From NCBI GenBank assembly GCA_965153285.1, contig OZ229126.1: DNA of 64,000 nt. One strand, given 5' to 3'. This document shows positions 50,040 through 62,182 of this stretch, in pieces. The notes under the pieces were generated by a model. The model had not been told where the DNA came from. It saw nothing but the letters and a program-made list of their open reading frames with translations, and did not search any database. The stretch is from Podarcis tiliguerta. Lineage: Eukaryota. Position 1 is the first letter of the stretch. The number at the start of each line of letters is the position of its first letter. The position numbers and the translations under genes were made by a program.

Positions 50040-52900
50040 GAGGAGGCTGCGAGCCGGGCAAGCGCCCCGCTCGCTCCCTCCTGCTCTGCCCTCGCCCGCT
50101 CCCAGCTGCCAAGAGCAGGTCAAATACCGTCGTCGTGCCTCCCTCGCAATGCCCAAAGGCATCCCCGGCCCCGCAGCCCGTTCCTCCTTCCCTCTCAGTT
50201 AAACCAATAAGCTGGGGGCAGCCGCTTCGGGGAGCGGGGCGAAGGCACGGCGGCCAGCTCAATCCTTCTACGCCTGAGAAAGAGGGACAGGGAGAGACCG
50301 AGAGAAATGGAACCAGCCGCCTCTACTTACTATGCATCGCTGCAAACGGGTCGTGCTTACAGTGTATTTCCATCTGGGCAGCCGATCCACGGAGCTCGAG
50401 GCTTTTGTTTTGTTTTGCTTTCAGATCACCTTAAGCTAAACTCCCTGGGATCACTTTTTTGTTTTGTTTTGTCTGGGGCAAGGGGGGTTAGTTTGTTTGT
50501 TTTCGAGTGGAAAGGTCAAGCAGAGGGTCGCTGGCAGTGATGTCGTTCGGCTACAAATTGGAAACAAAAACACTCCGCGCGACTTCCCGAAGGCAAGAAG
50601 CTCCCCCTCGGAGCCCGGAGCGCAAGAAGCACGGCAATCCTCGCGGAAGTTATTCCTCTGCAGCGGAAGGGGCTCGGGGGGGGCTCGCCGGGCGCTCCGG
50701 AGTCGCCCTTCCCCCCTCCCCGCCCCCCGCGTCCCCCTGGCCAGGCTCGGCCGCCTCCGGGCTCCGACGAGGCTCGGGCTTGCGCGGCGGCGGCGGAGGA
50801 AGCCTTATTTCTCCCACCTCCAGGAGGAAAAAGCCATCAATCCCGTCCGGTGATTCAGAAGGAAAAAAAGAAAGGGGGAAAATGAAGCTGAAGAGGAGCT
50901 GGGGGGGGGGGGAGAGTCTCCACACAGGCAGCGCTTCTTCAAGTCCGAGGTCGTCCAAGGTAGAGGCAGAGACGCGGGCAGGGACGGGTCAGCTGCCAAG
51001 ATCCACCGGGGCTACTTTTCAGCGGGCATCTCCTTTCTTTTTCCCCACCGCGACGAAGGCAAGGGCTACCTCAGGGGGCGGGAAGTGCCCCGGGTCAGTC
51101 TTTTGTCTGAGGCGAGGTGGCGCGTTGGGGGCGAGCGGGTCCCCCTCCGTCGTCGTCGTCCTCCTCCTCCGTCTCCTCAGCCGGCAAGCCAAGCTGGAGG
51201 TCTCCGCTCCGGCGACGGCTCTGAGGCGACGGCTTCTTTCGCCGAGAGGGCGCGAAGGCTACGGACAGGTGTCTCCCTCGGCGGCGCGTAGGTCGGCGTG
51301 TCTCGCTCGGCGGGCGTCCCAAGTCCTGAGGAGAAGCGCGCGGCGTCGAGCGGCGGAGGAAAGAAGTCCGTTCTCCCCTTCTCCTCGCGTTTCCCCAACC
51401 GGGCAGGCGCGAGCGACGACCTCCGTCCGCCGGGCGCCCTCAGAGCCCCAGAAGTTGGCGGGAAGTTGGGCTTGGAGAGGCGCCAGAGGAGGTGAGGAGA
51501 AAGCGGTGGCGGCGGCGGCTGGAGCCTGCCAGCGGCATCCCCGCCGCGCGACGAGGAGAGGGAGCGAGAGAGAGAAGGCGGGAGGGAGCGAGGGAGGCGG
51601 CGTTTTGCTCGCGGCGCGCTTGGCCACCTCACGCGCCCACTTCCGCGCGCGCTTAAAGTTTGCCGCGCTCCTCGGGCGCCCGGCGTCGCGGCTCTCCCAT
51701 GGCCAAGCGCGCGCGTGCGCTCTCCCGCCTCAGGCTGCGGAGGGAGCTTCCCTCTCTCTCTCGCGAAGGCAGCCGGCTCTAGTTGCGCGCCTGTGTGTGC
51801 GCGCGTGTGTCTCCACCTGGCCAGCTCTCGCGGGAGGGTCCCCTCACCCACCCACTCCGCGCGCGCGCACTCGCGCTCCCTCTCTCTCTCCCTCACACAC
51901 ACACACCTGGGCGCTCAAGCTCCAGGCGCCTCAGGCAATCTCTCTCCTCAGGAGCGCCGGGCTCGCTCCTCCTCGGCCGGCCGTCGCAGTCCTGCGGCTC
52001 TCCGGCTCGCTCTCCCTCAGCGGAGAAGCGCGCTTCTCGGCCAAAGCAGCTTTCAGGACCCAGTTTCGTGTGGACAGCGGCTGCGGGGGGCGGCAGCCTC
52101 TGCTGGGAGCCCGAGGCGGGGAGGGGGGGGAGGGAAGGAGGCAAGGGAGGGCAAGCGCTGCCGGCCGCTGCCGCCGGGCCGGCCCGTCACTCAGCTCGCC
52201 GAGCGCCAATCAGAAAAGTAAAGTTACGGCCCTGCGCGCATTGGCTGCGGGGCTCGGGAGCTCCGAGGGGAGGGGGGCGAAGCGAAGGCGGGGGCGGCGG
52301 GGGAGGAGGCGCCTGATTAGCCAGCGGCGGAGCAATCAGCGAGGGCGGCGGGCGGAGCCCCGCGGGGGAGGCGGATTCATTGACAAACTGGAGGGGATGG
52401 CGGGCTGGCTGGGTGTGTGTGTGTGTGTTTGCCCCGAGCGACTGTGGGTCTGTAAGAAGCAAGAGGGCTGATGAAGGCAACTGCGGGGGGGGGGATAGTG
52501 CCGGGGTGCGTGTATCAATCAGCAAAGCCCCTCATAGCCGGACTATATGCAGAAGTCCTGCCCTCAGTGAGGGCTTACGCTCAAGTAAACGCCTTTAGGA
52601 TTGCAGCCCGTGGAACCCGACCCTCGGAAGTAAATCCCGCAGAATACAAGGGATCCCAAAGCAGTGCATATAAGATTGCTGCTCCCTCGGCTGTCGCGAG
52701 GCCGGGATCGCAAACACACACACACACACACACACGAGCTTTTGTTTCATTCTCCTTTTCTCCAGCAAAAGTGAAATCTCTAGCAAAATGCCGGAGCCGT
52801 CACACGCGCGGAAGCCGAGAGTGGGGTCAATGCGGGATTTGATGTGTTTCTGAGCTGGGCGGGAGTTGAACTTGGGGTTGCGAAGGGTCTCGACGGGCCT
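50040..52900. promoter_or_regulatory. PAX5: CpG island / PAX5 exon 1B promoter and 5' leader
   Basis: Very GC- and CpG-rich block spanning exon 1B. Contains CCAAT at 52206-52210, ATTGG at 52240-52244, ETS core CACTTCCG at ~51638-51645, GC boxes and G-runs. Confidence 0.88.
50331..50373 (-). CDS. PAX5: PAX5 alternative first exon 1B, coding part (MEIHCKHDPFAAMH + 1 nt)
   Basis: Reverse complement reads ATG GAA ATA CAC TGT AAG CAC GAC CCG TTT GCA GCG ATG CAT A|gtaagt. Phase 1 joins exon 2 (A+GA = Arg). Matches the known Pax5 1B N-terminus. Missing from the ORF track. Confidence 0.95.
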
Positions 52901-53573
52901 GATCAAAACACAATATGGGAGAGGTGGGAGAGAAAGGGAGGGGGCCTGCTCATTAAGGCTAGGCAGTGGGCCTGTGCATTTCATTTGTCCCTTTCCTTCC
53001 TGTCCCCATTATTCAAGGCTTGTCCTTTTTGTGCGGGAGAAGAAACCTTCCGCCCCGGCTCCCCAACATTGAAAGCTTCCGTTTCCTGGTTCAGTTGTGG
53101 AAATGTGTGATTTTGTGTATGTGTGTGTGAGAGAGAGAGAAGCGCATCTAAAAATGTTTGCTTACATTTGTAAGCCTCTGAAAGGTTTGTTTTCCCCCTT
53201 GCTAGCTGCCACGTCGAGCCATTATTTTCAGGAGGTGAAGATTGGCTATCGCGGATTAATCACCGCAGACGGGGCTTCACTTTTCGCCCCGCGTCAGGAT
53301 GCTTCTCTACGTTCAGACGTCACTCATCAGGTGTCGTCATGTAGGAAGCTGATGCGCACTGCATGTGTGAACCAGGCCTTAGAAAATGTCCCTGTACTTC
53401 CTCCTGCCCTGGCATTTGTGTATAAGAATGTCTTCTGACTGAAAGTATTGCCTGTGTACGAACGTGTGTCTATATCTGCAATCCTGTGCGCAAGGTGTGA
53501 GACTTGCAGGATTGCGTTGCGTGTAGTTGAACCCGCGCGAGAGAGCTAAAGATATACTTATCCGTTTTGACAC

Positions 53574-53613
<40 letters not shown>

Positions 53614-53621
53614 AAATGAGC

Positions 53622-53812
53622 TATAGGAGCCAATTCCAAGGGGCTGAGAGGTCTTCGCCCCCCCCCACACCCATAAAATATTTGAGGGGGCAGGGACGGG
53701 TCCTTCCCAGGTTGATGGGCATTGCCATTCAAATAGTGTGCGTGCATATGATCGATTATGCGGGGCGGGGCTTACCTCCCCCCCCCCCCTTTTATTCAAG
53801 TAGGTACCCCTG
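53622..53812 (-). mobile_element. Non-autonomous DNA element (MITE), inverted homologue of 59716-59901
   Basis: ataggagccaa ... aaaatatttgagggg ... ccattcaaatagtgtg ... ttttattcaagtaggtacccctg. Confidence 0.7.
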
Positions 53813-56800
53813 GAATAAGAGCACACTTACATGTGTGTTGGAGAATGAAATGTGTTTTGTGTCGCCCCTTTCTTTGAGCTGGGAGATGGAGAGCATCAGC
53901 CAAGCATCTGCAAGCCTCTCTCAGCTCCAGCCTTGTGTTCCTTCGGTCCCCATAGAGGGAACGTCCTCCCCAGGCGCGGAGAATGGAGCGGGGTGTGTGG
54001 GGAGGGGCTGGGACACTGGTGCTCGGGGAAAGGAACTTGTTTCCTTTCATCAGAGGTTAGGAAAGTTCGCTCCCTTTGGAGGGAGGGTCTTGGGTTCGCC
54101 TGGAGACGCCGCTGGTCGCCCGTAATTCCAAGCGCGTCTCCTTCCGTCTCACCACCTGCCAAGTCCGACCTCATCGATTTTGCCATTGAACTCCCATCAA
54201 CCGCCGGGGAAACCCGTCTCGCAAGAGGCCTCAGGGCTGCCCTAGCCACTGACGCGGGCGGTTGAGGCGGAGGACGCGATCCACTCGTGCCCTGCGCGCA
54301 ACGAAAGGCCTCCACTAGTCGCCCAGTCCTGAACTTGTTCCCTCTCCAGTAGCAAGTGAGTCCCACTTGTCACGGTATGCATTTTAGTAAAACCCCATTA
54401 AGACGGGTGTGTGAACATTTTAAGTCTGTTTTTTTAAAAAACAACAACAACCCTATTGCGATTGTTTTTAAAACTGTAGCTACACAGAGAGAGATAAATA
54501 TATAAAATCAGAGTGCTCCTTTTTATAAAGCGGGCTTCAAAATGAGAGAAGCGAGATAAGGATCATTAAATATAGGGAGCAACCGCTCGTTCGCTCGTCT
54601 CTTTGGCTTTAGAAATAGCACATGACTCGCCGCCCTAAAGTGACTCGATACGGTCTCTTTTCGCCTGCTTTATTCAGAATTCATGAAATGTACAGTTATT
54701 ACCGGATATGGTTTCATATGCATGGCAGAACTAAGTAACTATGCTCTTTGTCATTCTACTTTGTGGGGAAAATAACAAAATAAAAACGCGAGGACTGGAT
54801 CCCCGTGCATTGTCGGTAATATTTTGAAAATATTCCTATGTGCATAGAAATACAGGCGCGCGCCTCTGAAGCGGGGAACAACGCACAGCCCTGTTAAGGT
54901 ATATTGTTAAGGGGTTAAGACTTACTGAAACCCCAAATAAGAAATAAAATGAATTCCTTCTGCATGAACATCGTTAGGATCCGAATGCACCGCCGAAGTT
55001 CCACAGAAATTAATGAATGAGACTTGCTTCCAAGTGCAAGTGTTCCGCACTAAGCTACAGGCAAATGGGGACAGCGCCTGATTTTATGCCTGGATATGTG
55101 TGAACACACATTCAGACCCACATTTGTTCTGCTGTCCTGTATTTACTGTAATATAATAGGCACAACAGTGTCTGCACCTAAAACATTGTGGTACACGTGA
55201 TGGAAAACACACAGAGCAATATTGGTCATATGACTCAAGGTGTCATATGACGTGCTTGCGCCTATACAACCTTCATGGCCTTCTATATGTGAATATGCTT
55301 ATGTCTTGTATAACTGCCATTTTATATTTCCCCTGTTTTCACATAGTATACACACGTACACGCTCAAGATAGCATAGCATCATCACTGAGATGTAATATA
55401 AGTTTTTGTATCAATGGGCGTTTGCACCTAATTAAAGCATCGTAAATGCACACTTAGCAGTGTACTGCGTTTAGTTGAATACATCGTTGCACTCGTTTCT
55501 GCTACAGGAGCACAGGTGAATATTTGCGGCCGCAGGCACAGTCACTCCCAGATTGCACGCCAAAAAACCAGTAAGTATCGTTTTACGTCGATACGACTCA
55601 TCCTTGGAATCAGAAGAAAAACCCCCATTGACTCTAAAAGAGCTGGACCTGAATGCCTTTTGCTCAGCTGCAGTCATGTCTGGGAGTTCCTTTAAAAATA
55701 AAAATAAAAACCCACACCGTCCTCCCAGGATGCCTTTCTTTCTACAGCTGCAGTTAATAGTGTGGCGATTTCGAAAGGGTCCCTTTAGCAAAGAAACACA
55801 GGCTACATTTCTGTCTCTGTCTGAACAAAGAGTTGTTACCAAAGGGTACAATTCACAGTATGTCTTGACACACAAAAATGTAACGCACACACCTAGCAAA
55901 GACGCAAGCAAAAAGGATCACTGAAAAACCCTGTGTGAAATGTGGACAGCAAGGCCCCCAAATTGTGCGCACGTTCCCCCACCATGCAGAGGTGCTCCTC
56001 CATCTATAGGTTGGCCTATTGAACATGGCGCCCTTGATATCTCGGGTTGCTGTGACTGAGCAGTGTTGTGTGCGAGGAGGCCTGAGGACAGACCTTTTTG
56101 TGCGCAGCGACATGAGAAGCTAGTAAAGCTTTTGCTCCTTTTTCTCAAGCAGATCTCAAGCGCGGAGAGCTCCAAACTTAGCGAAAAGCGGCAGCAAAGG
56201 TCACGAGGCTTTGGCAGAAACGGACATTTCCAGCAAAGATGCTGCCGGCTCATCCAATGCAAGGATGGAAAAAGCAGCCCCATTTCCCCAGTTATCGAGG
56301 ATGAGCGCGAGAACCTTGCGCGTCCCACCACTATGAGTCCGCCTGGCACGGATCTAGGGGTGTTGTTTGTGAGGCGGTGGGGAAATTCACTCCTAACGCG
56401 AGGCCTTCGAAAGTAGGCCCTCTCTTTCCAGAGTACTTCCAGAATTAATCGCCCCAAGGTGCGAGCAAAGATCGATAGCTGAGGGAGGTCGAGGGCGCAC
56501 CAAGCTGCGATCCTAATCGTCCTGATCAGGAAGCGAATTTCCCGGAAATCGTAAGAGGCGAGTCGCCCCGGGAAGACGCTGAAGTGGCGAGGAATTAGAG
56601 CCCATAGGGAGAAGGGTAGGGGGACGAAAGAGGGCGGTGTCAGAAGCCAAAGTTGGCTTATCTGAAGGACAGAACTTCCTCTTGCGAGGCGTCACAAGTG
56701 TGGCTTCTTCTTGGCCCCTTGCTGACAGTGGAAATCAGGACACACGCACACACGCCTATCTCTCTTTCTGATGGTCATCCATCCGTCCTCAAGCATCCCC

Positions 56801-59715
56801 AAGAATGATCAGACTGACAAGAGCTGCTCGAAAAGGTATGCAGGTTTAGAGGGTCGATTGGAAGACAGCGAGGATCCTAAGCGCCTCTATTCAGACGTTC
56901 CCACTTAGTTCCCAGGTTGCTCTTTAGGACTGCAGCTTAAAATGGTGAGAGTAACAGGACTGCATTTTTTAACACTTTCCCACAAGTTTAACCCCGCCCC
57001 GCCCCAACTTCTGCCTGCACACAGAAAACTAGCATATCATGGATAAAGACTTAGTTTAGCTCACCAGTCCTCGGGCGCTGTTGCTGGGATTTTTTACGCG
57101 AGGACAGGGGTCAACAAAACCATCACCCACCCACCCCTCACCTGCAGTTTGAAGCCCAGAATCCGTCCACAGAATTCTCAGTAAATGCCACAAGGTCCAT
57201 TAATATTATGGTGGTGCCCGGATTAATACTAGCTGCAAAAATAGTGCTAGAACAGTTTAAATCTTAGGCCATTCAGATTCACTGGACAGCGGCTGTCCCT
57301 AACCACTGCCAATAACCTGTTTCCCCTCCATTGTGCTGGGAACGGTCTGTGTGTTTTGAAAAGAGTGGTGGAGTTTGTGTGTGCGTAAAGTTCAGAGATG
57401 GCTTTGTAGTCCTTAAACCAATTCTTGCTTATTTGTTTTCGATGGATGTCAGCGGGAGAGGCAAAGCACCCAGTCCATGGTTAAGACCACAGTTCTGGAT
57501 GGGCAGGGTAGGAAATGGAGGAGCTGGTGCTCTGGGTGTTTGCTTTTATGCATTATGTTTGCAGAGTGTCCCTCTCTCCAGAAGAAGCACAAGCCCAAGA
57601 CAATTTTTAGACAAACTCCACACCCCACCTGCCTTTTGAGGGAAGCTCTTGGGTTCGCCTGGAGTATATGGGAGTTATATTTCTGATTTTTGTGGTACTG
57701 GTGGAGTGTGAGGGGGTATCTTTTGGTGGGCTGGATAAGACTCATAGGAAAGATCTGCTTTTGAACCTATCTGAAAGGTCTGACTCCCAGGCATTTACAA
57801 GCCAAGCTGCATGTTTTTAAAGAGCTTTTCTGGTGGCTGAAGGTAAACCTAAGGAATAATCACATAATCACATATGGTCTGAAACACAAGAAAGACACTT
57901 GCCTCGCTGTTTAACTAGCCCTCCAACTGTGTGTTTTATCAGGGGTGGGCTTTTCTCACATGCAGCTTTGACTAATTATTTGTTTATTTGATCTTATGGT
58001 TCATTCATAGCATAAGCCCAGGGATGTCATTTAGAGAGGCACACACCACCTCAAATTTAAGGCCACTTGGCTGTCCTAACAAATCACTTATATTTCAGGT
58101 AAACTGACTCACTAGGCTTCTACTGTGGTTACATTAAATGGGCCTATACCCTATGGCAAAGCCACAGATCCGTTGACTTAAACAAAAGGAGTGTGGCTGA
58201 TATAATGATATTATGAGGCATTTTAAAATTCACCAAAAAATTGTCTTAAAATGTACTGGTTTTTTTTTCCCCATTTCAACCATTGGGACTTACTTCTGAG
58301 CAGAAGTATTTAATATATTCAATATTGAATATAATATCAAATAGTTAGTGTTTGATTCTTGCAGGGCAGAGTATGTCTGGCGGGATTATCAGAGGGAGCA
58401 CGACTCAAAGGCCTGCTCTTGGATAAACTAACTGCCAGAAACAATTTTCTTCAGATCATTGGCATGTTACTTTTATACCTCATGTTAGCACATAGTTCAT
58501 CTGTCTGAAATGCAGGGTGCTATCCTGTGCTCCTTAAATGTTGCCACTGAATCTGCTCCTTCTCTCTCTCTCTCCCTCTCCCTCTCCCCCCCCCCCCAGT
58601 GTGAATGAAATCTAAAATGACACTCCTAGTTAGATCTAAAGCTCAGAGAAGCATGTTTTTAAATAACAACAACAGAGGGTGAAGGGCACTTTTACAAAGG
58701 AAAGGAAACGTCTCAGAATGTGATCTTTCAGCTCCATAGTAACCCCAAACCGCATTTGTCAAGGACCTTGAGAGGAGACACCCACTATAAGAGTGAGTTC
58801 CTCTAGGCCTCTTTCCGCTGCAAAATCACTTCTGATCACCCTTTCCACAAAACACAGTCAAATGGTATTCTTAAGTTCAAGTGTGCTTTCGTTGTGAGTG
58901 GGATATGAACCAGGCTGTGAATTTTCAACGTGTATTCATTTGCAAGGAACTTTAGGTGAGGAAGAGGGAGAGAAAATGAAACAACACAAAGATTTCTCAG
59001 GGCACAGAGACCAGTGTCTCGGTTTTCTTTTCTTTCCCTCTTCCCCCACCCCCTTTCCCAGCTCAGCAGCCTTTGAAGATGGTTCCCTTTTGTATTCAAG
59101 CTTGGACACTTTCTTCCGGTCATTGATGAACGCCTCTCCCCATACAAACTTGCTGCACCCATATGCTCTCACCAGAGTCAATGCTAACCATTTCAGATTA
59201 CCCTCCACTCCATGTCAGCGCCTTGCTGGAATTTTCAGCAAGCTGTATGTGCATCAGTTCTCAAATCTGTCTCTTTTTCCTGAAGAAAGCATGGGGTTGA
59301 CTTTTGTCCAGACTGAGAGTGACTTTTTAGAGTATGTATTTATGTCTGATTATTTCTAAAGCTATGCCTCACCGTGGACTGTTTAATTTTGCTCCCACAT
59401 TAGGAGAAACAGCCCGTGTCCTGCATAAGGAAGGCCAATAACAGCCTTAGGCATTTCGAATCCTCACTTTGCTGTTATAATAGAATGTTCCTGGACATTA
59501 ATTAAAAATAACAGTTTATTCAGCAAGGAAAGGGAATGACTACATTCAAGGTTCTGTTTTGAATCAGTTGAGTTCAGCGACATTAGGCCACCACCCACAA
59601 AACAGCTGATCAAAAACACATTGGATTTAAGTCCATTGTTAAGTTAATGTGCAATCCTGTGCACATTCATTTGATAATTTTGCTCTGGAATAGGCACACA
59701 GAGAATTGCATCATT

Positions 59716-59901
59716 CAGGGGTGCCAATTTGAATAAAATATTGGGGGACTCAGGTAAGCCCTGCCCTGTGCAATCAATCACAAAATGTGGTGCACACACC
59801 ATTTGAATGTAACTGCCTATCAACTTTGGGGGGGCCCAGCCCCTCAAATATTTTATTATGGGGGCCAAAGGGACCTCAGCTCCTAGAAGTTGGCTCCTAT
59901 G
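59716..59901 (+). mobile_element. Non-autonomous DNA element (MITE)
   Basis: caggggtgccaa ... ttggctcctatg imperfect TIRs. Homologous to 53622-53812. Confidence 0.7.
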
Positions 59902-60068
59902 GAACTGTTAGTGGTTTTTAATCACTTCTAAAGGGATTCTGCAGCCTGTTTTCACACATTACAGAGTCACATACCTGTTTTCTACTGAGTGTACAATTAG
60001 CAGGAAGTCACAGCCAATACCTGTGTGGTATCAGTGTTTTCAAACACCCGTATGAGTTCTTTTCAGTA

Positions 60069-60310
60069 CAGTGGTACCTTGGGTTAACTACTTAATTCGT
60101 TCCGGAGGTCCGTTCTTAACCTGAAACTGTTCTTAACCTGAAGCACCACTTTAGCTAATGGGGCCTCCTACTGCCGCTGCACCGTCGGAGCACGGTTTCT
60201 GTTCTCATCCTGAAGCAAAGTTCTTAACCCGAGGTACTATTTCTGGGTTAGTGGAGTCTGTAACCTGAACCGTATGTAACCTGAAATGCATGTAACCCGA
60301 GGTACCACTC
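60069..60310. mobile_element. Tc1/mariner (Tigger-like) MITE, copy 4
   Basis: TA|CAGTGGTACCTT ... GAGGTACCACTC|TA. Interior nearly identical to copy 1. Confidence 0.9.
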
Positions 60311-60344
60311 TATATGCTTTACTTAGGTAAAAAAGCCACTTAGG

Positions 60345-60700
60345 TGTATAAAGTACTTCTTCATGCAGTGCATAGTTAAAACTATGGAATTCACTTTCAC
60401 AAGATGTGATGCCACCAACTTGGATGGGTTTAAAAGATGGTTAGATAAATTCAAGAAGGAAAAGGTTATCAGTCAATAGCTACTAGCCCTGATGGGTATG
60501 TTCTACCTCCGCTGTCAGAGGGAATATACCTCATTCACACAGAAACAGAAAAACACACACACCTCTCAATACCAGTTGCTGGGAATAATGGGTTGGGAAA
60601 GTGCTTTGTGCTCAGGTCCTGCTTATCACAGACATCTGGCTAGCCACTGTGAGAACAAGGCATTAGACTGGAGAGGCCACTGGCCTCAGTGGGCTCTTAA
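60345..60700 (+). mobile_element. CR1 LINE 3' fragment (older subfamily)
   Basis: tggaattcact...gatgtg...ttggatgggtttaaaagatggttagataaattc...catctggctagccactgtgagaacaagg...gactgga. Confidence 0.7.
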
Positions 60701-61487
60701 GTATAAAGAGGTGCATTTCAAAACACCAAAATCCATGTTACAATGTCACCTATCAAATCCCAGCAACACCCCTGGACTCCAGCCTCCCACTGCAGCAACC
60801 AGCTTTATCTGACCTCAATGGCTAGCAATTCACTCCCACCCAAGAGCTCTTGCTCAGTTGGCTTGCGAATAGAGCCTTCCAGCTCTGCCTCTCCACATTC
60901 CCAGGGTTGTAAACCTGGAGTCCTCTAGGCCTTTCCTCCCAAAATATCCACTTGGGGAACAAGTCCCTTGTGCCAGTTTTATCAATGTCTCGGATCTAAA
61001 AAGAAGCCCATCCAATCCTCCTTGTGATGGTGGGCAACTCACTGCTGCAGCCTTATGGAACTAGCAGCAGGGGGAGTTCCAGTCTGGCAAACCTTCGTTT
61101 ACCCTGGTTGCACATTCCTCACAACAAAGATTTGGGATGGAATCCTCTCTCCACCTAGGTGGCTTCCTACCTGCAAGGTCCTGGGATTTGGTGCTTACCT
61201 GGTATTTCTTAGACTTGGTCATAGAAGAGTGTGTGAGTGTGTTTGCGAGAGAGGGAGGCAGGGAGAGATGTGTCCTCCATTTTTGCCTCACTCGCTGATT
61301 TGAATGGGAACAGTGACACTCCAATCCTAAATACATTTACTTGGAAACAGAATCCCATTGATTCCCACTGAACTTCCTAGACCTGCAGTGCTATGCACAA
61401 TTTTCTAGAAGTAAGCTCCGTCTGAACACAATGAGATTTATTTCTGAGTGAACACTTGTAGGATTGCACTGTATGTGTATCATGTTT

Positions 61488-61628
61488 AAAGGTAAAGGTA
61501 CCCCTGACCATTAAGTCCAGTCGCGGATGACTCTGGGGTTGTGCGCTCATCTCGCTCTATTGGCTGAGGGAGCCGGCGTTTGTCTGCAGACAATTTTTCC
61601 GGGTCATGTGGCCAGCGTGACTAAGCTG
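61488..61628 (-). mobile_element. Sauria SINE 3' fragment
   Basis: aaaggtaaaggtacccctgacc...ccgggtcatgtggccagcgtgactaagc. Confidence 0.85.
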
Positions 61629-62042
61629 GATACAAATAATTCCAAACTCCATTTCTTTTCCTTCTCCACTCCCATGCTGTGTTCATGCATGTTGACTGGT
61701 CAGGTTCAAACCTCTTTAATGGAAATGACTCTCAATCAAGGTTCTTTGTAGGGGCAAAAGAAGTAATATATTCCAAGGATCCTCATAACATTATAAGCCA
61801 CCAGGTTCCAGGCACCGGTTTGGCCTGATGTTTCAGATTTAGCCAGAGGATACCCTTGTGCTCCATGTCTTAAAAGGACCTCAGTGATGGCGATCAGAAA
61901 TGCAAATGGCGATCAGAAATCGGTTGTAGGGGGGAATTCGGGGGGGGGGGTCAAATACACTCTCTCCTTTAATTTTTCAAAGCAGGTGCTGGAAAATTTA
62001 CAAGGGCAAAGCCCTGATACACTTAGCTCTAAGATGCAGCTC

Positions 62043-62182
62043 CATGGGCATAGCCGGGGGGGAGGGAGGGGCAGCTGCCCCCCTAAATCAATAAAAAAAA
62101 AAAAATACAGAGCACACTGAGGTTCTGCCCCCCCCTAACAAAAGGCCTGCCCCCGTCCAGAAAAATCCTGGCTGCGCTCATG
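62043..62182. mobile_element. Small hAT-like MITE
   Basis: catgggcatagcc ... ggctgcgctcatg TIRs with 8-bp TSD tgcagctc/tgcagccc. Confidence 0.7.

Noticed and set aside
50650-56460. Many overlapping 100-240 aa ORFs on both strands in the GC-rich region
   Set aside because: Stop-codon scarcity in CpG-island DNA; low-complexity translations with no recognisable domains.
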